64,000 nucleotides of DNA from a virus. The stretch is from IMG/VR virus record IMGVR_UViG_3300021407_000013, positions 11,146-75,145 of that record; one strand, 5' to 3'. The notes under the pieces are model-generated. The model was not told the origin of the DNA. It searched no databases and saw nothing but the letters and a program-made list of their open reading frames with translations. The translations under genes were made by a program, and so were the position numbers. Below, one piece after another: positions 10,519 through 20,246 of this stretch. The first letter of the stretch is position 1; each line of letters opens with the position of its first letter.

Positions 10519-10544
10519 TTTCTTCTTTTATTTGAAAATAGACT

Positions 10545-10571
10545 GCGGAGGGGGCTGTCAGTCCCCCTTGC
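10545..10571 (-). terminator. Hairpin terminator after the Pro-rich gene
   Basis: GC-rich inverted repeat followed by a weak T tract on the minus strand. Confidence 0.45.
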
Positions 10572-10615
10572 CAGTTCACAGAGTGTTAATTCACCCCGCC
10601 GCAATCATCCCAATA

Positions 10616-11524
10616 TTAACGCTTCGGTTGAGCAGGAGGCGTTCCAGGCGCAATCGGCTGGGTAGGCTGGCCGGCGCCAATCGGCGGCCGCGGAAGTGGC
10701 TGTCCAGGCTGCGGAGGACGCGCTGCTGAACCAGGAGGCCGTGGCTGAGTTGCTACAGGCGGACGCCCACCAGGAAGTCCCTGATCAGGATGCTCGCCAC
10801 CGGCGCCAGCGCCTTCATCGACACCGTAGTCAGGATCGGTTTCATGTTCCGGAATGGTGAACTTGCCATAACGGAGGCCGACGCCTTGGATCCAAACGAG
10901 GAACATATGCTCGCCAGTAGGTGCATCTGGCGGAAGCGGAGGCCAGATAGAGCCTGGAGGAAGATCCGGTGGTAGAGGATGACCAGCAACTGGCGGGATT
11001 GGATGCTCGGGATGCTCGCCTGGATCACCAGGAAGCGCGTTGTCTGGCTGCCCAGGAATGTGAATCGGATGCTCCGGCGTGTCGATTGGCGCATCAACAC
11101 CCCAATCCGGATCGGTCGGTCCCGGAGGCCATTCCGGCTTCGGCGGCTTGGGTTTGCCAGCCCACGGAGGACGATGACCAGGATGAAGATCGCCCTGTCC
11201 AAAGCCAGGATCGACAGGACGCCCAGGACGGGCAGGACCGCCGCCAACATGTGGAGGCCGCTCAGGACGATTGGGACCGCCAGGAAGACCCTGATCAGGA
11301 CGACCGCCTTCACCTACGCCCCAACCTGGATCGACAGGACGCCCAGGACGCGCAGGACCGCCGCCAACATGCGGAGGACGACCAGGAACGCCATATCCAG
11401 GATCGACAGGTAGACGACTTCCGCCAGGAAGACCCTGATCAGGATGCGCGCCTTCATCGACGCCGTAGTCAGGATCAGTCGGACGACCGCTCCTATCGAG
11501 GAATTGAATATATGCGAGAGGCAT
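10616..11524 (-). CDS. Pro/Gly-rich repeat protein
   Basis: Repeats (V/T)DP(G/D)(Y/W/F)G and PDQGLPG; AAGGAG RBS; GC-rich codon usage. Confidence 0.75.
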   Translation of the reverse strand: MPLAYIQFLDRSGRPTDPDYGVDEGAHPDQGLPGGSRLPVDPGYGVPGRPPHVGGGPARPGRPVDPGWGVGEGGRPDQGLPGGPNRPERPPHVGGGPARPGRPVDPGFGQGDLHPGHRPPWAGKPKPPKPEWPPGPTDPDWGVDAPIDTPEHPIHIPGQPDNALPGDPGEHPEHPIPPVAGHPLPPDLPPGSIWPPLPPDAPTGEHMFLVWIQGVGLRYGKFTIPEHETDPDYGVDEGAGAGGEHPDQGLPGGRPPVATQPRPPGSAARPPQPGQPLPRPPIGAGQPTQPIAPGTPPAQPKR

Positions 11525-11689
11525 CAGTTTCTCCTTAGACGGTTAGGTTTCTTCGTGGTCTGGCTATTTATACGCGTGGCGTCCCAGACAAAAGTGCAGG
11601 GTGGAATCCAATCGACGGGAGGCCGAGACCGCTCAATTGCCGCGAGTTGGGAGGTATTCTGCGACAATTTCACCCCTGCTGAAGTTTAT

Positions 11690-13195
11690 TTACCAAAGCT
11701 CTGAATCACCCAGAGAAGTACATACTCCGTAGCAAAAGCAATCAACCAAATCGTCTTCTTGGTCTGGCACGCCAACATTAAAACTATGAACTTGCTTAAT
11801 GAGATGATTAGCGTGTCTTTGTTTAAAATCCACAGTCTTGTTATAAGCTTGAGCAGAGTATTTCACCTTGCCAACGGAAACATATCCACTAGCATTGAGA
11901 GCACGCGGTTGTTTGCCAAGTTGTACCAACTTAGCGTCAATACCAGTTGCCAAAAAGTTGCGTCGATTACATTGTTGCAAAAGGACAATTCCAGAGCCCT
12001 TTTCTTCAATCAATGTTCCGATTGACCCTCGCCGCGCCCTACAAGTTCTGGCATATTCTTCAAGTTTCAAATAAATATTGGGTATCCAATCTATCAACAA
12101 ATCAGCAGGAACTTGCAATATATCATAATCAAGTATTGTTAAAGGATGCTCAAAACGCTCATTAATGGCCCAATAAATTACTGCGGTAGCATCATGTTTC
12201 GCGTCAGCTTTAATGCCAGTATCAATAGTGGCAAAGACGCAATCAGTCCACTCAGGAAAGTTGACAGGATGTCCGTCAATAAGTAAGTCTTTTTCGAGGA
12301 AAAACGTACCACCAGGCGGCTGCGGATTTTGCTGATAAAGCGATTCAAAATCTCTGATTCCCAGGATTGTTCGCTTTCGTTCCAAAGCCTGTGCGTCTTC
12401 CCATTTAGGCCAAAGTGCCTCTCCAACGGGGCGTTCCAAAGGATCATCAGCGGTTGCAAAGGCTGGAAGATTTATAACCGTCCATTGATCTCCGCCCTTT
12501 TCTGCTTCGTGAAGAAGCATCCCACCCAGATCTTCTAAATGCCATCTAGTCTGGATAAGGATAATTCTAGCATCTGGCTTAAGGCGCGTGACCAAATCCG
12601 ATTTGTACCATTCATAAGTTTTGGTGCGCACCGTTTCGGATTCAGCGTCCTCTCTGGACTTAACGGGATCATCAATAATTGCGAGATCAGCGCGTCTTCC
12701 AGTAATTGCGCCTCCCACTCCCGCCGCGTAATATTCACCTCCGTTTGTGGTTTCCCATCGAGAAGCGGCTCTGTTTGATTCATCTAGCGAATAGCCTAAA
12801 ATTGGTGCCTTCAGAAGTATTCTGTTACGCACCTTACGGCCAAAACGCTCAGCAAGCTCTCCTGTATGTGAACAACCAATTACGGAAGAACGTGGAAATT
12901 TTTTAAACCAATAAGGTGGTAGTAACTCTGATGTATAAGTAGACTTGGCGCTCCCAGGAGGAGCAAATATCATTAAGCGATCAATTTCTCCGGATATGAC
13001 CTTTTCGAGGGCTTTGATAATATGTTTATGATGACGTGCTGGTTCAAAACCAAAATCGTGTACGCACTCTTCACACCAAGAAAGTAAATCGCTCTGACAA
13101 GAACGACGCCAAGCTTCAGCACGGTATTTGTAAATTTGACGCTTTCGTATTGTGTCAAATTGGGATGGTTGTGAAGGTTCAAATCCCATTGACAC
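11690..13195 (-). CDS. terL: Terminase large subunit
   Basis: Walker A FAPPGSAKS, Walker B IIDDPVK, QTRWH, YQQNP, and C-terminal nuclease with IDT and DDLVD. Confidence 0.92.
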   Translation of the reverse strand: MSMGFEPSQPSQFDTIRKRQIYKYRAEAWRRSCQSDLLSWCEECVHDFGFEPARHHKHIIKALEKVISGEIDRLMIFAPPGSAKSTYTSELLPPYWFKKFPRSSVIGCSHTGELAERFGRKVRNRILLKAPILGYSLDESNRAASRWETTNGGEYYAAGVGGAITGRRADLAIIDDPVKSREDAESETVRTKTYEWYKSDLVTRLKPDARIILIQTRWHLEDLGGMLLHEAEKGGDQWTVINLPAFATADDPLERPVGEALWPKWEDAQALERKRTILGIRDFESLYQQNPQPPGGTFFLEKDLLIDGHPVNFPEWTDCVFATIDTGIKADAKHDATAVIYWAINERFEHPLTILDYDILQVPADLLIDWIPNIYLKLEEYARTCRARRGSIGTLIEEKGSGIVLLQQCNRRNFLATGIDAKLVQLGKQPRALNASGYVSVGKVKYSAQAYNKTVDFKQRHANHLIKQVHSFNVGVPDQEDDLVDCFCYGVCTSLGDSELW

Positions 13196-13198
13196 AAT

Positions 13199-13546
13199 TT
13201 AGAAACCTGAGCGAGAACCGCTTTCCTTGCGCTCTGTGGCGCTATCACTGGAAGGATTGCTGTCGCGATAGCGAGTCTGTTCAGACTCAGGATCGTCGAC
13301 CAAACCAGGTTCAACCTCGCCAATCGCCGCGGCAATAGCAGTTCGATACTTTTCAAATTGTGCTTGAGCTTGTCCCTGATTGCCCATATCGGAAGCTGGC
13401 AACATGCCAATAGATTGCGTCCCGATCAAATCGAGAGCATTGGCAAATGCAGGTTCATTGGGGAAACGAGACGAAAAATTCCTCAAAATAGAAATTTGTT
13501 CCTCAGTAACGAGGTAGACACGTAGGGCTCTTTGAGCTTCAGCCAT
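13199..13546 (-). CDS. Hypothetical protein at the usual TerS position
   Basis: First gene of the late operon; no motif recognised. Confidence 0.55.
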   Translation of the reverse strand: MAEAQRALRVYLVTEEQISILRNFSSRFPNEPAFANALDLIGTQSIGMLPASDMGNQGQAQAQFEKYRTAIAAAIGEVEPGLVDDPESEQTRYRDSNPSSDSATERKESGSRSGF

Positions 13547-13885
13547 TTATTCAAAATCCTTTATAGAGACACTTCGTCCAATCTGATTTTACAGTTTTGG
13601 GCCCTTATTTTGGCCTCGTTCCCTGCTTTAGCAGGACTGACTTAACTGGCGCAGTAGGCCAATGATAGAGCGCCTGGGCCCCACGGAGGGCGTCTGGGAG
13701 GCCCAGGCATTACTAAACCCCGTCACTAGGGGGACTGGAAACGGGGTTCGAGGCGGCCTCAAAGCACGCGACATGAGGAAAAGACGCGCTGAGAGACCTT
13801 TGAGCATGGGTGGTAATTGCGGTTTTTGTAGGGCATAGCAAGAATCGTGCCGCATTAAATTTTGTTAATGTTTACTCTGTTACCG

Positions 13886-13914
13886 TAGACTTCACAATCA
13901 TTTTGTGCTATACT
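13886..13914 (+). promoter_or_regulatory. Sigma70-like promoter
   Basis: TAGACT-N17-TATACT with TGC before the -10 box. Confidence 0.55.
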
Positions 13915-13935
13915 ATTTATTAAGAAAAGCAAGTT

Positions 13936-14475
13936 TTGGAGGTACCATTGCAAGACCTGTTCACGCCGCAAGCCCAAAATGACTTTAAGTGGGTAGTGGC
14001 AGTTTTCGCTAATACTGGAGCAACAGAAGCCATTAGAAAGGCTAATGAAGTACCACTTAAAACATTCTATCCAATACGATTTAATCACAAAGGACTACCA
14101 GTGCCTTTGTGGCGCCACTACTTATTCATTGAGTTCCGCAATTCCATAACAGCTCAAGTATGTCGGAGCACTACTAAATTCATTAAAGTCCTCACAATGC
14201 GCGATGAGGAAGGTATAGAATATCCAGTAATGGTACGTAAAAATGCTATTGATGAACATATGGGATTATTATTAGCTGGTAGATTCAATAGTAGATCAAC
14301 TGTTAGACGCTATTATGGAAGAGGATCATTAGTTAGAGTATTGGAAGGTAATTTTATTGACAAGAAAGTACGATTAGAATCAGCTGTAACACCAGATATG
14401 CCTGGTACCCGTAAGGTAGCCATAGATATAAATGGTTGGAAGGGTAGCATAGAAATCTGGAAGTTGGCGCTGTAA
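13936..14475 (+). CDS. NusG-family transcription (anti)termination factor
   Basis: NGN-like W.V..., PLW.HYLFIEF, FIKVL, plus KOW-like G.LVRVLEGNF. Confidence 0.7.
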   Translation: MEVPLQDLFTPQAQNDFKWVVAVFANTGATEAIRKANEVPLKTFYPIRFNHKGLPVPLWRHYLFIEFRNSITAQVCRSTTKFIKVLTMRDEEGIEYPVMVRKNAIDEHMGLLLAGRFNSRSTVRRYYGRGSLVRVLEGNFIDKKVRLESAVTPDMPGTRKVAIDINGWKGSIEIWKLAL

Positions 14476-14476
14476 A

Positions 14477-14626
14477 ATGTACGATCATAACGACGAAGAT
14501 GAAGATTTTCACGAATATCCTCCATTCACGCATCCTTGGCGTGAATTCTTTACTTTCATGTGTTTCCTAATAGCAATAATCTGGGTGCTATGGAAGGCTA
14601 TATCATGGCTAATACAAGCACTATAA
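14477..14626 (+). CDS. Small membrane protein (49 aa)
   Basis: Read by hand: MYDHNDEDEDF...FMCFLIAIIWVLW. Confidence 0.4.
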   Translation: MYDHNDEDEDFHEYPPFTHPWREFFTFMCFLIAIIWVLWKAISWLIQAL

Positions 14627-14814
14627 TCAAAGAGATCAGAGATAATATCAACTCTGCACTAGAGGGAGGGTTCACATTTGACGATTATACGGATGAAGAC
14701 CTTGCGGGTGATCTTATCGCGTATGCTGAGGACATGGAGAATAAGACGTTTGAACAAGTTCTTCAAGCAGTCAAAGCAGTCCGCGCTGAAGGAATAGCTT
14801 GTCAAAAGAGGTAG
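14605..14814 (+). CDS. Hypothetical protein
   Basis: ORF in a dense plus-strand operon. Confidence 0.5.
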   Translation: MANTSTIIKEIRDNINSALEGGFTFDDYTDEDLAGDLIAYAEDMENKTFEQVLQAVKAVRAEGIACQKR

Positions 14815-14817
14815 CAA

Positions 14818-15336
14818 ATGGATGACTCTTGGGAATACTGGGAGAAGAATCACTTCTTTATTTTAGTGGGAAAAATTGCAGTTCCATCTAATATGGAAGG
14901 TTGGTCTGCTTGGTTTGAAAAAGCCTACGGCACTAATGAAACCCAAGTAGCATTTACCAAAACAGATATTGTTGAAGTTTCAACTGTATTCCTAGGAATC
15001 AATCATAACTTCCGCTTCGATGGGAGCGCACCAATTCTGTTTGAGACTATGGCGTTCCATAAGCTCGATACTCCCAAGAATGTTCTAGGTCACGAAATAG
15101 AATGGGATGGTGAAGAATGTATGCGTTGTGGTACTTGGGAAGAAGCTGAGCTACAACATAAGATAATGGTAGCAGAAGTTATCAGTAATCATTATCTTGG
15201 TACTCCAGAACAGCTTAAAGAAATGGTAGAAAAAATCTTCAAGGAGAGCACAGAATGGCAAACGATCTCGGACCAATCGGACCCACCAACGACTATCCCA
15301 AAGGGAAACTCAACAATGAAGACGAAGGAGGATTGA
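14818..15336 (+). CDS. Conserved phage hypothetical protein
   Basis: VSTVFLG.NH.F...P.LFETM.F...R..TWEEA..QH motif common in phages. Confidence 0.65.
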   Translation: MDDSWEYWEKNHFFILVGKIAVPSNMEGWSAWFEKAYGTNETQVAFTKTDIVEVSTVFLGINHNFRFDGSAPILFETMAFHKLDTPKNVLGHEIEWDGEECMRCGTWEEAELQHKIMVAEVISNHYLGTPEQLKEMVEKIFKESTEWQTISDQSDPPTTIPKGNSTMKTKED

Positions 15337-15509
15337 TCACAGGCGTTAGTCATGATAAAGGAAATGTCATTATTAACTTCGGTAAACCAGTAGCATGGGT
15401 AGCATTTCCTCCAGAAATGGCATTTCAATTCGCTCGATCAATTGCCACACACGCCCATGCTGCTATGACTGATATTACGGAGACTACTGATGGGAACGAA
15501 AAAGGATGA
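15255..15509 (+). CDS. Hypothetical protein
   Basis: GPT.DYP.GKLN.EDEG...FGKPVAW; GGAG RBS. Confidence 0.6.
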   Translation: MANDLGPIGPTNDYPKGKLNNEDEGGLITGVSHDKGNVIINFGKPVAWVAFPPEMAFQFARSIATHAHAAMTDITETTDGNEKG

Positions 15510-15738
15510 GACTGTAATATGCTGTATGAGGGCCTCGCCAAAAGGCCCAAATACTGACAGCATCTTATCCAGTTGCAACAAATGTGGCCATCCTATCTGG
15601 ATCGCCAAAAGCACTCCAATCATTGAAGGTGCGCGCTTTCTGTGTATGCAATGCGTTCCATGGAACGAAGTGACAGATGTAGCACCGCCGACGATGGATC
15701 AAATGTCTGACGTTCTGAGATCCAAAAATAGCAGGTAA
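15490..15738 (+). CDS. Zinc-ribbon protein
   Basis: CNKC...CMQC. Confidence 0.55.
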   Translation: MGTKKDETVICCMRASPKGPNTDSILSSCNKCGHPIWIAKSTPIIEGARFLCMQCVPWNEVTDVAPPTMDQMSDVLRSKNSR

Positions 15739-15742
15739 CGAA

Positions 15743-16216
15743 ATGAAACTCTTAGAGGTAGCAAGCGAAGGTGACTTACGTTACTGGATCCAAGAATGGA
15801 TATTTGAATGTGAAGGGAGGCTTTCGTTAGAGTGGGTTGAACCTATGATGTATGGGAGCACTGTTGGCGCTCCAGATTGCAAAATCAAATTTGCCAATCA
15901 TACCATAGGATTAGAACTCAAATATCTATTGAGTACGAAGAAGGGCATAAAATGGACAGTGCGTCCAGCTCAAAGGCGCTACCATCATATGAACGTAAGA
16001 AATGGTGGTCGAAGTGCGTTATTAGCATGGATAGCAGCCAAAGAAGAACTTGTGCTAGTACGTGGCGATCATATACCACTACGAGACTACGCCTCAGATA
16101 AGGAGTCTGGTTGCGCCCACGGATTAGTCAAATTGGACTCATTTGGTATGTCAGATAAACAAGCCATATTTAGTTTAGAAAAATTGATCTTCAACGACGA
16201 GTATTGGGAGAGATAG
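15743..16216 (+). CDS. PD-(D/E)XK / VRR-NUC-like nuclease
   Basis: GAPD...LELK...RPAQ..YH motif. Confidence 0.6.
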   Translation: MKLLEVASEGDLRYWIQEWIFECEGRLSLEWVEPMMYGSTVGAPDCKIKFANHTIGLELKYLLSTKKGIKWTVRPAQRRYHHMNVRNGGRSALLAWIAAKEELVLVRGDHIPLRDYASDKESGCAHGLVKLDSFGMSDKQAIFSLEKLIFNDEYWER

Positions 16217-16462
16217 ATGGTTAAGATGATTCCGCCACAATACAAAAGAGGAGGATCACACGCCATGCCACCAAATGACAAGATCGCTCATCATACTCTG
16301 CACCAGAAGGTCCAGAAGCTCGATGGCTACAAATATCCAGGCATTATTGTGGCTATATTCACTACCACAGAAGGTCGAGTCCGTTACGTGGTGGAAGCTG
16401 ACCATCCCGATTTTCGTGGTATGCTTCATATATTCTCTGATTCTCAACTTGAGGAAAGGTAA
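16217..16462 (+). CDS. Hypothetical SH3-like protein
   Basis: V.K..GY.YPG.IV..F.T..G..RYVVE...G.LHIF. Confidence 0.55.
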   Translation: MVKMIPPQYKRGGSHAMPPNDKIAHHTLHQKVQKLDGYKYPGIIVAIFTTTEGRVRYVVEADHPDFRGMLHIFSDSQLEER

Positions 16463-16708
16463 ATGAAGTGCCAAGTTTGCCAAGGCAAAACATATCTTGA
16501 AAGATGGGCTTGCCCAGAATGTCTTGGCAGCGGCATAACGTCATGTTGTGAAGGAAACCCAAATACAAATAAGTGGTTTGAAGCGCCCATCTCAGACCGA
16601 TTAAAAGAAGCTGAAATATTGATTGTCAGTACAAAATTTGATAAAGATGGTAATTTAGTAAAAATCAAAACTCTCGTAGATCAAAAACAGGATGATAAAA
16701 ATGAATGA
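16463..16708 (+). CDS. DnaJ-type zinc-finger protein
   Basis: CQVCQG...CPECLGSG. Confidence 0.5.
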   Translation: MKCQVCQGKTYLERWACPECLGSGITSCCEGNPNTNKWFEAPISDRLKEAEILIVSTKFDKDGNLVKIKTLVDQKQDDKNE

Positions 16709-16913
16709 GCCAGAACGCCCGATGTTTGAGTGTGACGCAGAAGTCTATACATGCCCATATTGTATGAAAGCTGTTGTGGTATATGTAGAATTAGATGGCA
16801 GTGGTATCATTTCCAGACCTGAATATGATTTAATTGCTAATTGGGTTTATCATTCCGCGTGTTGGGATAAACAGATGAGAGAGCATCCGCCAGGAGAACC
16901 AAATGTCAAATGA
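16692..16913 (+). CDS. Zinc-binding hypothetical protein
   Basis: CPYC...H..C. Confidence 0.5.
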   Translation: MIKMNEPERPMFECDAEVYTCPYCMKAVVVYVELDGSGIISRPEYDLIANWVYHSACWDKQMREHPPGEPNVK

Positions 16914-17223
16914 TAAAGCAGAGCTCAGAGCGTTTCTCAAAGAGCGCGATGATTTATTCAAAAATCCAACACTAGAAGCAGCGCAATCTTGGTGGCTCAA
17001 GGCTGGTCATCCGCAATGGGCAAGAGAAGATGTACCACTAGCCGCGGTCCACAAGGCACGATTACAGTGGTTAGAATCCACAGATGCTATGATAGAAGAA
17101 TCTATCAAATGGCTACAAGAGCATGATTATTCAATCGAATGGCAAGGAGCGCCACCACTCACGCCAGAACGCCGCGATGCTGATAGAGTGTCTTTGGGCA
17201 AGAAACCGCTAGGTCAAACATGA
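16903..17223 (+). CDS. Hypothetical protein
   Basis: AGGAG RBS, overlapping operon structure. Confidence 0.6.
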   Translation: MSNDKAELRAFLKERDDLFKNPTLEAAQSWWLKAGHPQWAREDVPLAAVHKARLQWLESTDAMIEESIKWLQEHDYSIEWQGAPPLTPERRDADRVSLGKKPLGQT

Positions 17224-17405
17224 AGAGACTCATCATAGCTCTATTCACAGTGTGGTTTTTATTTGTCGCAGCAATGGTCTACTCAGTTTTGGCTTATGGA
17301 CCATCAGACCATTCTAATAGTGCTATGGACTATGATGAGTCACAATTCCTATTCTGGCACGTAATCATGCCAGTTCTGCACTCAAATATGAACTAGGAGG
17401 TCGCT

Positions 17406-17828
17406 ATGGGAGAAGCCAAACGTAAATATCTTCTTGTCAAAGTTGTATCCAAAAAACCTGAATTCCAAACGACAAGGCTCAGCACAGGCTGCAATTGTCT
17501 GAACTGTGGCATCTTGATTGACGCCGCCACCAGCGTTAACCATAAGCATACACCATACCCAGGTGCCATAGCCATCTGTATGATCTGCTCTCATATAATG
17601 GCATATGACGAGAGAATTCATCTGCGAGAGCTCAATGATGAAGAAATATTGTTAATAGCTGGTGACAAAGATATACTCTTCTTGATCAACGGCCTTGGTG
17701 GCGCCAAGAAAGAGTGGGAATCAAAACATGGCGAAGGATCGTGGGGTAAAACCAGCAGGGACCGGCTCGCACAAGCGCAAGCCAGAGTTGAAGCTAAACA
17801 GGAAGCGGCCAGGACTAAGGGAGAATGA
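17406..17828 (+). CDS. Zinc-binding hypothetical protein
   Basis: AGGAGG RBS; CLNC...CMIC. Confidence 0.6.
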   Translation: MGEAKRKYLLVKVVSKKPEFQTTRLSTGCNCLNCGILIDAATSVNHKHTPYPGAIAICMICSHIMAYDERIHLRELNDEEILLIAGDKDILFLINGLGGAKKEWESKHGEGSWGKTSRDRLAQAQARVEAKQEAARTKGE

Positions 17829-18027
17829 ATATGAATGCGCCGCCTGCCATAAGGTCTTCACCAAAGGAGTGTCGGATGAAGAAGCTCTGGCGGAAGCTGC
17901 GGTATTATTTCCTACTGTACCAATTGAAGAAACCAGTCTAGTCTGCGAGGACTGTTTTCAGGAAATGATGGCAGACATCAAAGCCAGGCCATGGGCCTAC
18001 CCACCTTTACCAGATGAGGATAAATAA
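17695..18027 (+). CDS. Zinc-binding hypothetical protein (true start probably further downstream)
   Basis: CAAC...CEDC. Confidence 0.45.
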   Translation: MVAPRKSGNQNMAKDRGVKPAGTGSHKRKPELKLNRKRPGLRENEYECAACHKVFTKGVSDEEALAEAAVLFPTVPIEETSLVCEDCFQEMMADIKARPWAYPPLPDEDK

Positions 18028-18665
18028 TGGCATATGACCTGTTTGATAAGGATGGCAAGCGCAAACGGCGTGAGGGCTCTGGGGTAGCGCCCAGACCACT
18101 CGATGAAGTAGAGCGTGAAATCGTCAGAGCCGACATGGCTGAGTTAATCGCCAGAGAAAAAGAAAATGGTGATTGGGCTAAGTGGGAGGAATCGCAGCGC
18201 CCAATTTCGCAACTGCGATCCCTTGACCGCGATATAGTACATATCACTGTTACACTGACAATTGACGGCCACATCATCCCAAACCCACCAGACACAGAAG
18301 ATGTAGTCAGACGTGAGATGGAATCACGCTTCCTCCGCTATGAGCGCCAAGAAATGCCCAGTCGCATTATGGCCCTCGAACATGACAGGAGGTTACATCG
18401 ACCTGCACCAGAGGTTGGTGATAGAGGAATATTCAATGGTTATATCGCACCAAGTTCTCCACGTTTCTATACGGGTCAGATTACTCCTGAGATCTGGGAA
18501 CTCTTTGTAGGGCGCGCTCCAGTCAATGATGACATAGAGCGCGCCAACTGCTACCAAGAAGGTATGCTTGGCCATCAAAGCTGCGGTTGGTGCCACGACT
18601 GCATGAAGCCACGCTATGCTTGCGGCCATCTATGTTTCCCAAGTAGTTCCACACCAAGTAGGTGA
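18027..18665 (+). CDS. Hypothetical protein with Cys-rich C-terminus
   Basis: DDIERANC...GH..CGWC..C..PRY.C. Confidence 0.6.
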   Translation: MAYDLFDKDGKRKRREGSGVAPRPLDEVEREIVRADMAELIAREKENGDWAKWEESQRPISQLRSLDRDIVHITVTLTIDGHIIPNPPDTEDVVRREMESRFLRYERQEMPSRIMALEHDRRLHRPAPEVGDRGIFNGYIAPSSPRFYTGQITPEIWELFVGRAPVNDDIERANCYQEGMLGHQSCGWCHDCMKPRYACGHLCFPSSSTPSR

Positions 18666-18668
18666 CTC

Positions 18669-18971
18669 ATGAAAAAGAAAACCAAGAAAATAATCAAACT
18701 CAGAAAACTCATCCGCGAAACCATTAGTGAGTCTATGGACTACAACTTCCACGGCCCTAGAGGCGCCACTGGTCCGCAAGGTCCAATGGGTCCTCAAGGT
18801 CCGCCAGGCCCACCAAACACTTCAATTCATGGCCTAGCCGAAGAACTGGCATGGTTGAAGAATGAAGTAGCTCTGATGAAGTCAGAGATTGACGATCGCG
18901 CACCACGCCCATCCAAACGTAAAGTCAGGGAGTTTACACATGAAAATAAAGGACTACCACCCAAAAACTGA
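18669..18971 (+). CDS. Short collagen-repeat/coiled-coil protein
   Basis: Seven G-X-Y triplets. Confidence 0.55.
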   Translation: MKKKTKKIIKLRKLIRETISESMDYNFHGPRGATGPQGPMGPQGPPGPPNTSIHGLAEELAWLKNEVALMKSEIDDRAPRPSKRKVREFTHENKGLPPKN

Positions 18972-19155
18972 AGAAGAGGCCGTCGGTTGGTTGATGGAAG
19001 AATCATGCGAAGTGGTTCTCACTATAGGTCGCTGCATGAGGTTTGGAATTGAAACTGTGCATGAGGGCCGCACCAATCGTCAGATTCTCCTCGATGAGAT
19101 GAATGACCTTCGCAATGCCCTGTTTGAGGCTGAGACATGGATAGCGAGGAAGTGA
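18940..19155 (+). CDS. MazG-like nucleotide pyrophosphohydrolase
   Basis: LMEES.E.....R..RFG...N...L.DE..D helical acidic pattern. Confidence 0.5.
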   Translation: MKIKDYHPKTEEEAVGWLMEESCEVVLTIGRCMRFGIETVHEGRTNRQILLDEMNDLRNALFEAETWIARK

Positions 19156-19334
19156 TGACTAAGGAGCAAATCAAAATGACTAGTTGCGCCCAGTGCAAGA
19201 AAGAGTTCCAGCCTAAGACACCACAGCATAGGTTTTGTTCAATGGACTGTTCCAAACGGTTCTATCGCCAACTACGAATGTTAAAGCGAGATGAAAGATG
19301 GCAGAAGATTAATGGATTGAATTTACGTGAATAA
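19155..19334 (+). CDS. CxxC..FCSxxC zinc-finger protein
   Basis: CAQCKKEF...RFCSMDC. Confidence 0.55.
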   Translation: MTKEQIKMTSCAQCKKEFQPKTPQHRFCSMDCSKRFYRQLRMLKRDERWQKINGLNLRE

Positions 19335-19640
19335 TCTGTAGTAATGAGGGTGAGTGAATTTTTGAGGGATAAATTCTGACGGTCACCACCAAAGGTGGCC
19401 CTGAAACAGGTAAAACAGTAGACGGCCCCGACCTTTCGGCTGACCAGAAAACGCGCATAAACGACCGTACACGGGCGCGGACGCGCGGACGCATATTCCC
19501 TAGCGCGAATAGTCCGAGGGCAATGGGCCAGCCTCTAATGCGATTTAAACGCATATCGCAAACGAGCGCATAGGCGACACATAGGCGACAAGCCTGTCAG
19601 TACATTACAAAAAATTAATGTTCGCAAACGTCGTTTGCGC

Positions 19641-19670
19641 TTGTATCGCACAAGCTAACGTGCTTTATAG
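19641..19670 (+). promoter_or_regulatory. Putative early promoter
   Basis: TTGTAT-N14-TGC-TTTATA, same spacing as the other promoters. Confidence 0.4.
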
Positions 19671-19743
19671 GCGTTGCACCGCAAAACGCGGTGCGGGCGG
19701 CAGCTATGCGCTCCGGCCCTTTTCTAGCAAAAGGTCTAGTACA

Positions 19744-20238
19744 ATGCAAAACGACAAGGTTAAGACTGCGGACGCTATCGCGCAAGTTAGCGCGGAAAAC
19801 GCGGAATTGCGCGCTAGCGTTATTGCGCTCGTTAGTGCAATGCCTGCCGCTATCGCGGACGCCGTTAAGGCGGCAATCCCTGCCCCGACAACGCGCGCGC
19901 CTCGCACGGCTCGCGTTGCGGTGCAAATGTCCCCTGCGGACGCGGACGCCGCTATGTGCGGTTTCGTTAAGAAAGGGCCGCGTCGCGATTTCTTTCTTGC
20001 GTTGCGCGGTCTCGCGGACGGCGTATATCCTTTGTCCGATTTCGCGGGCGTTTCGCTCGCGGACGCACAAGTTGTGTATCGTCGCCTTAGCGGCAATCGG
20101 ACGGGCGGGCGCGTTACGGAAAGCTTTTTCGACCGATTAGGCTTTTCGCTCGCAATCGACAACGAAACGCGCGGCAAGGCGGACGTTATCGTTACGCGCA
20201 AGGCGGACGAAAAGGCGGCTGACGAGGTCGTCGCCTAA
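19744..20238 (+). CDS. Ala-rich hypothetical protein with anomalous GC-rich composition
   Basis: Has its own promoter, AAGG RBS and terminator; almost no TGR/YCA trinucleotides. Confidence 0.7.
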   Translation: MQNDKVKTADAIAQVSAENAELRASVIALVSAMPAAIADAVKAAIPAPTTRAPRTARVAVQMSPADADAAMCGFVKKGPRRDFFLALRGLADGVYPLSDFAGVSLADAQVVYRRLSGNRTGGRVTESFFDRLGFSLAIDNETRGKADVIVTRKADEKAADEVVA

Positions 20239-20246
20239 CGCGAAAC

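Noticed and set aside
5115-11538. Long antisense or alternative-frame ORFs over the capsid, scaffold and Pro-rich genes (also over 19615-20201 and 54774-55561)
   Set aside because: Shadow ORFs caused by GC-rich or repetitive codon usage, or by local TGA/TCA depletion; they lack RBSs and motifs
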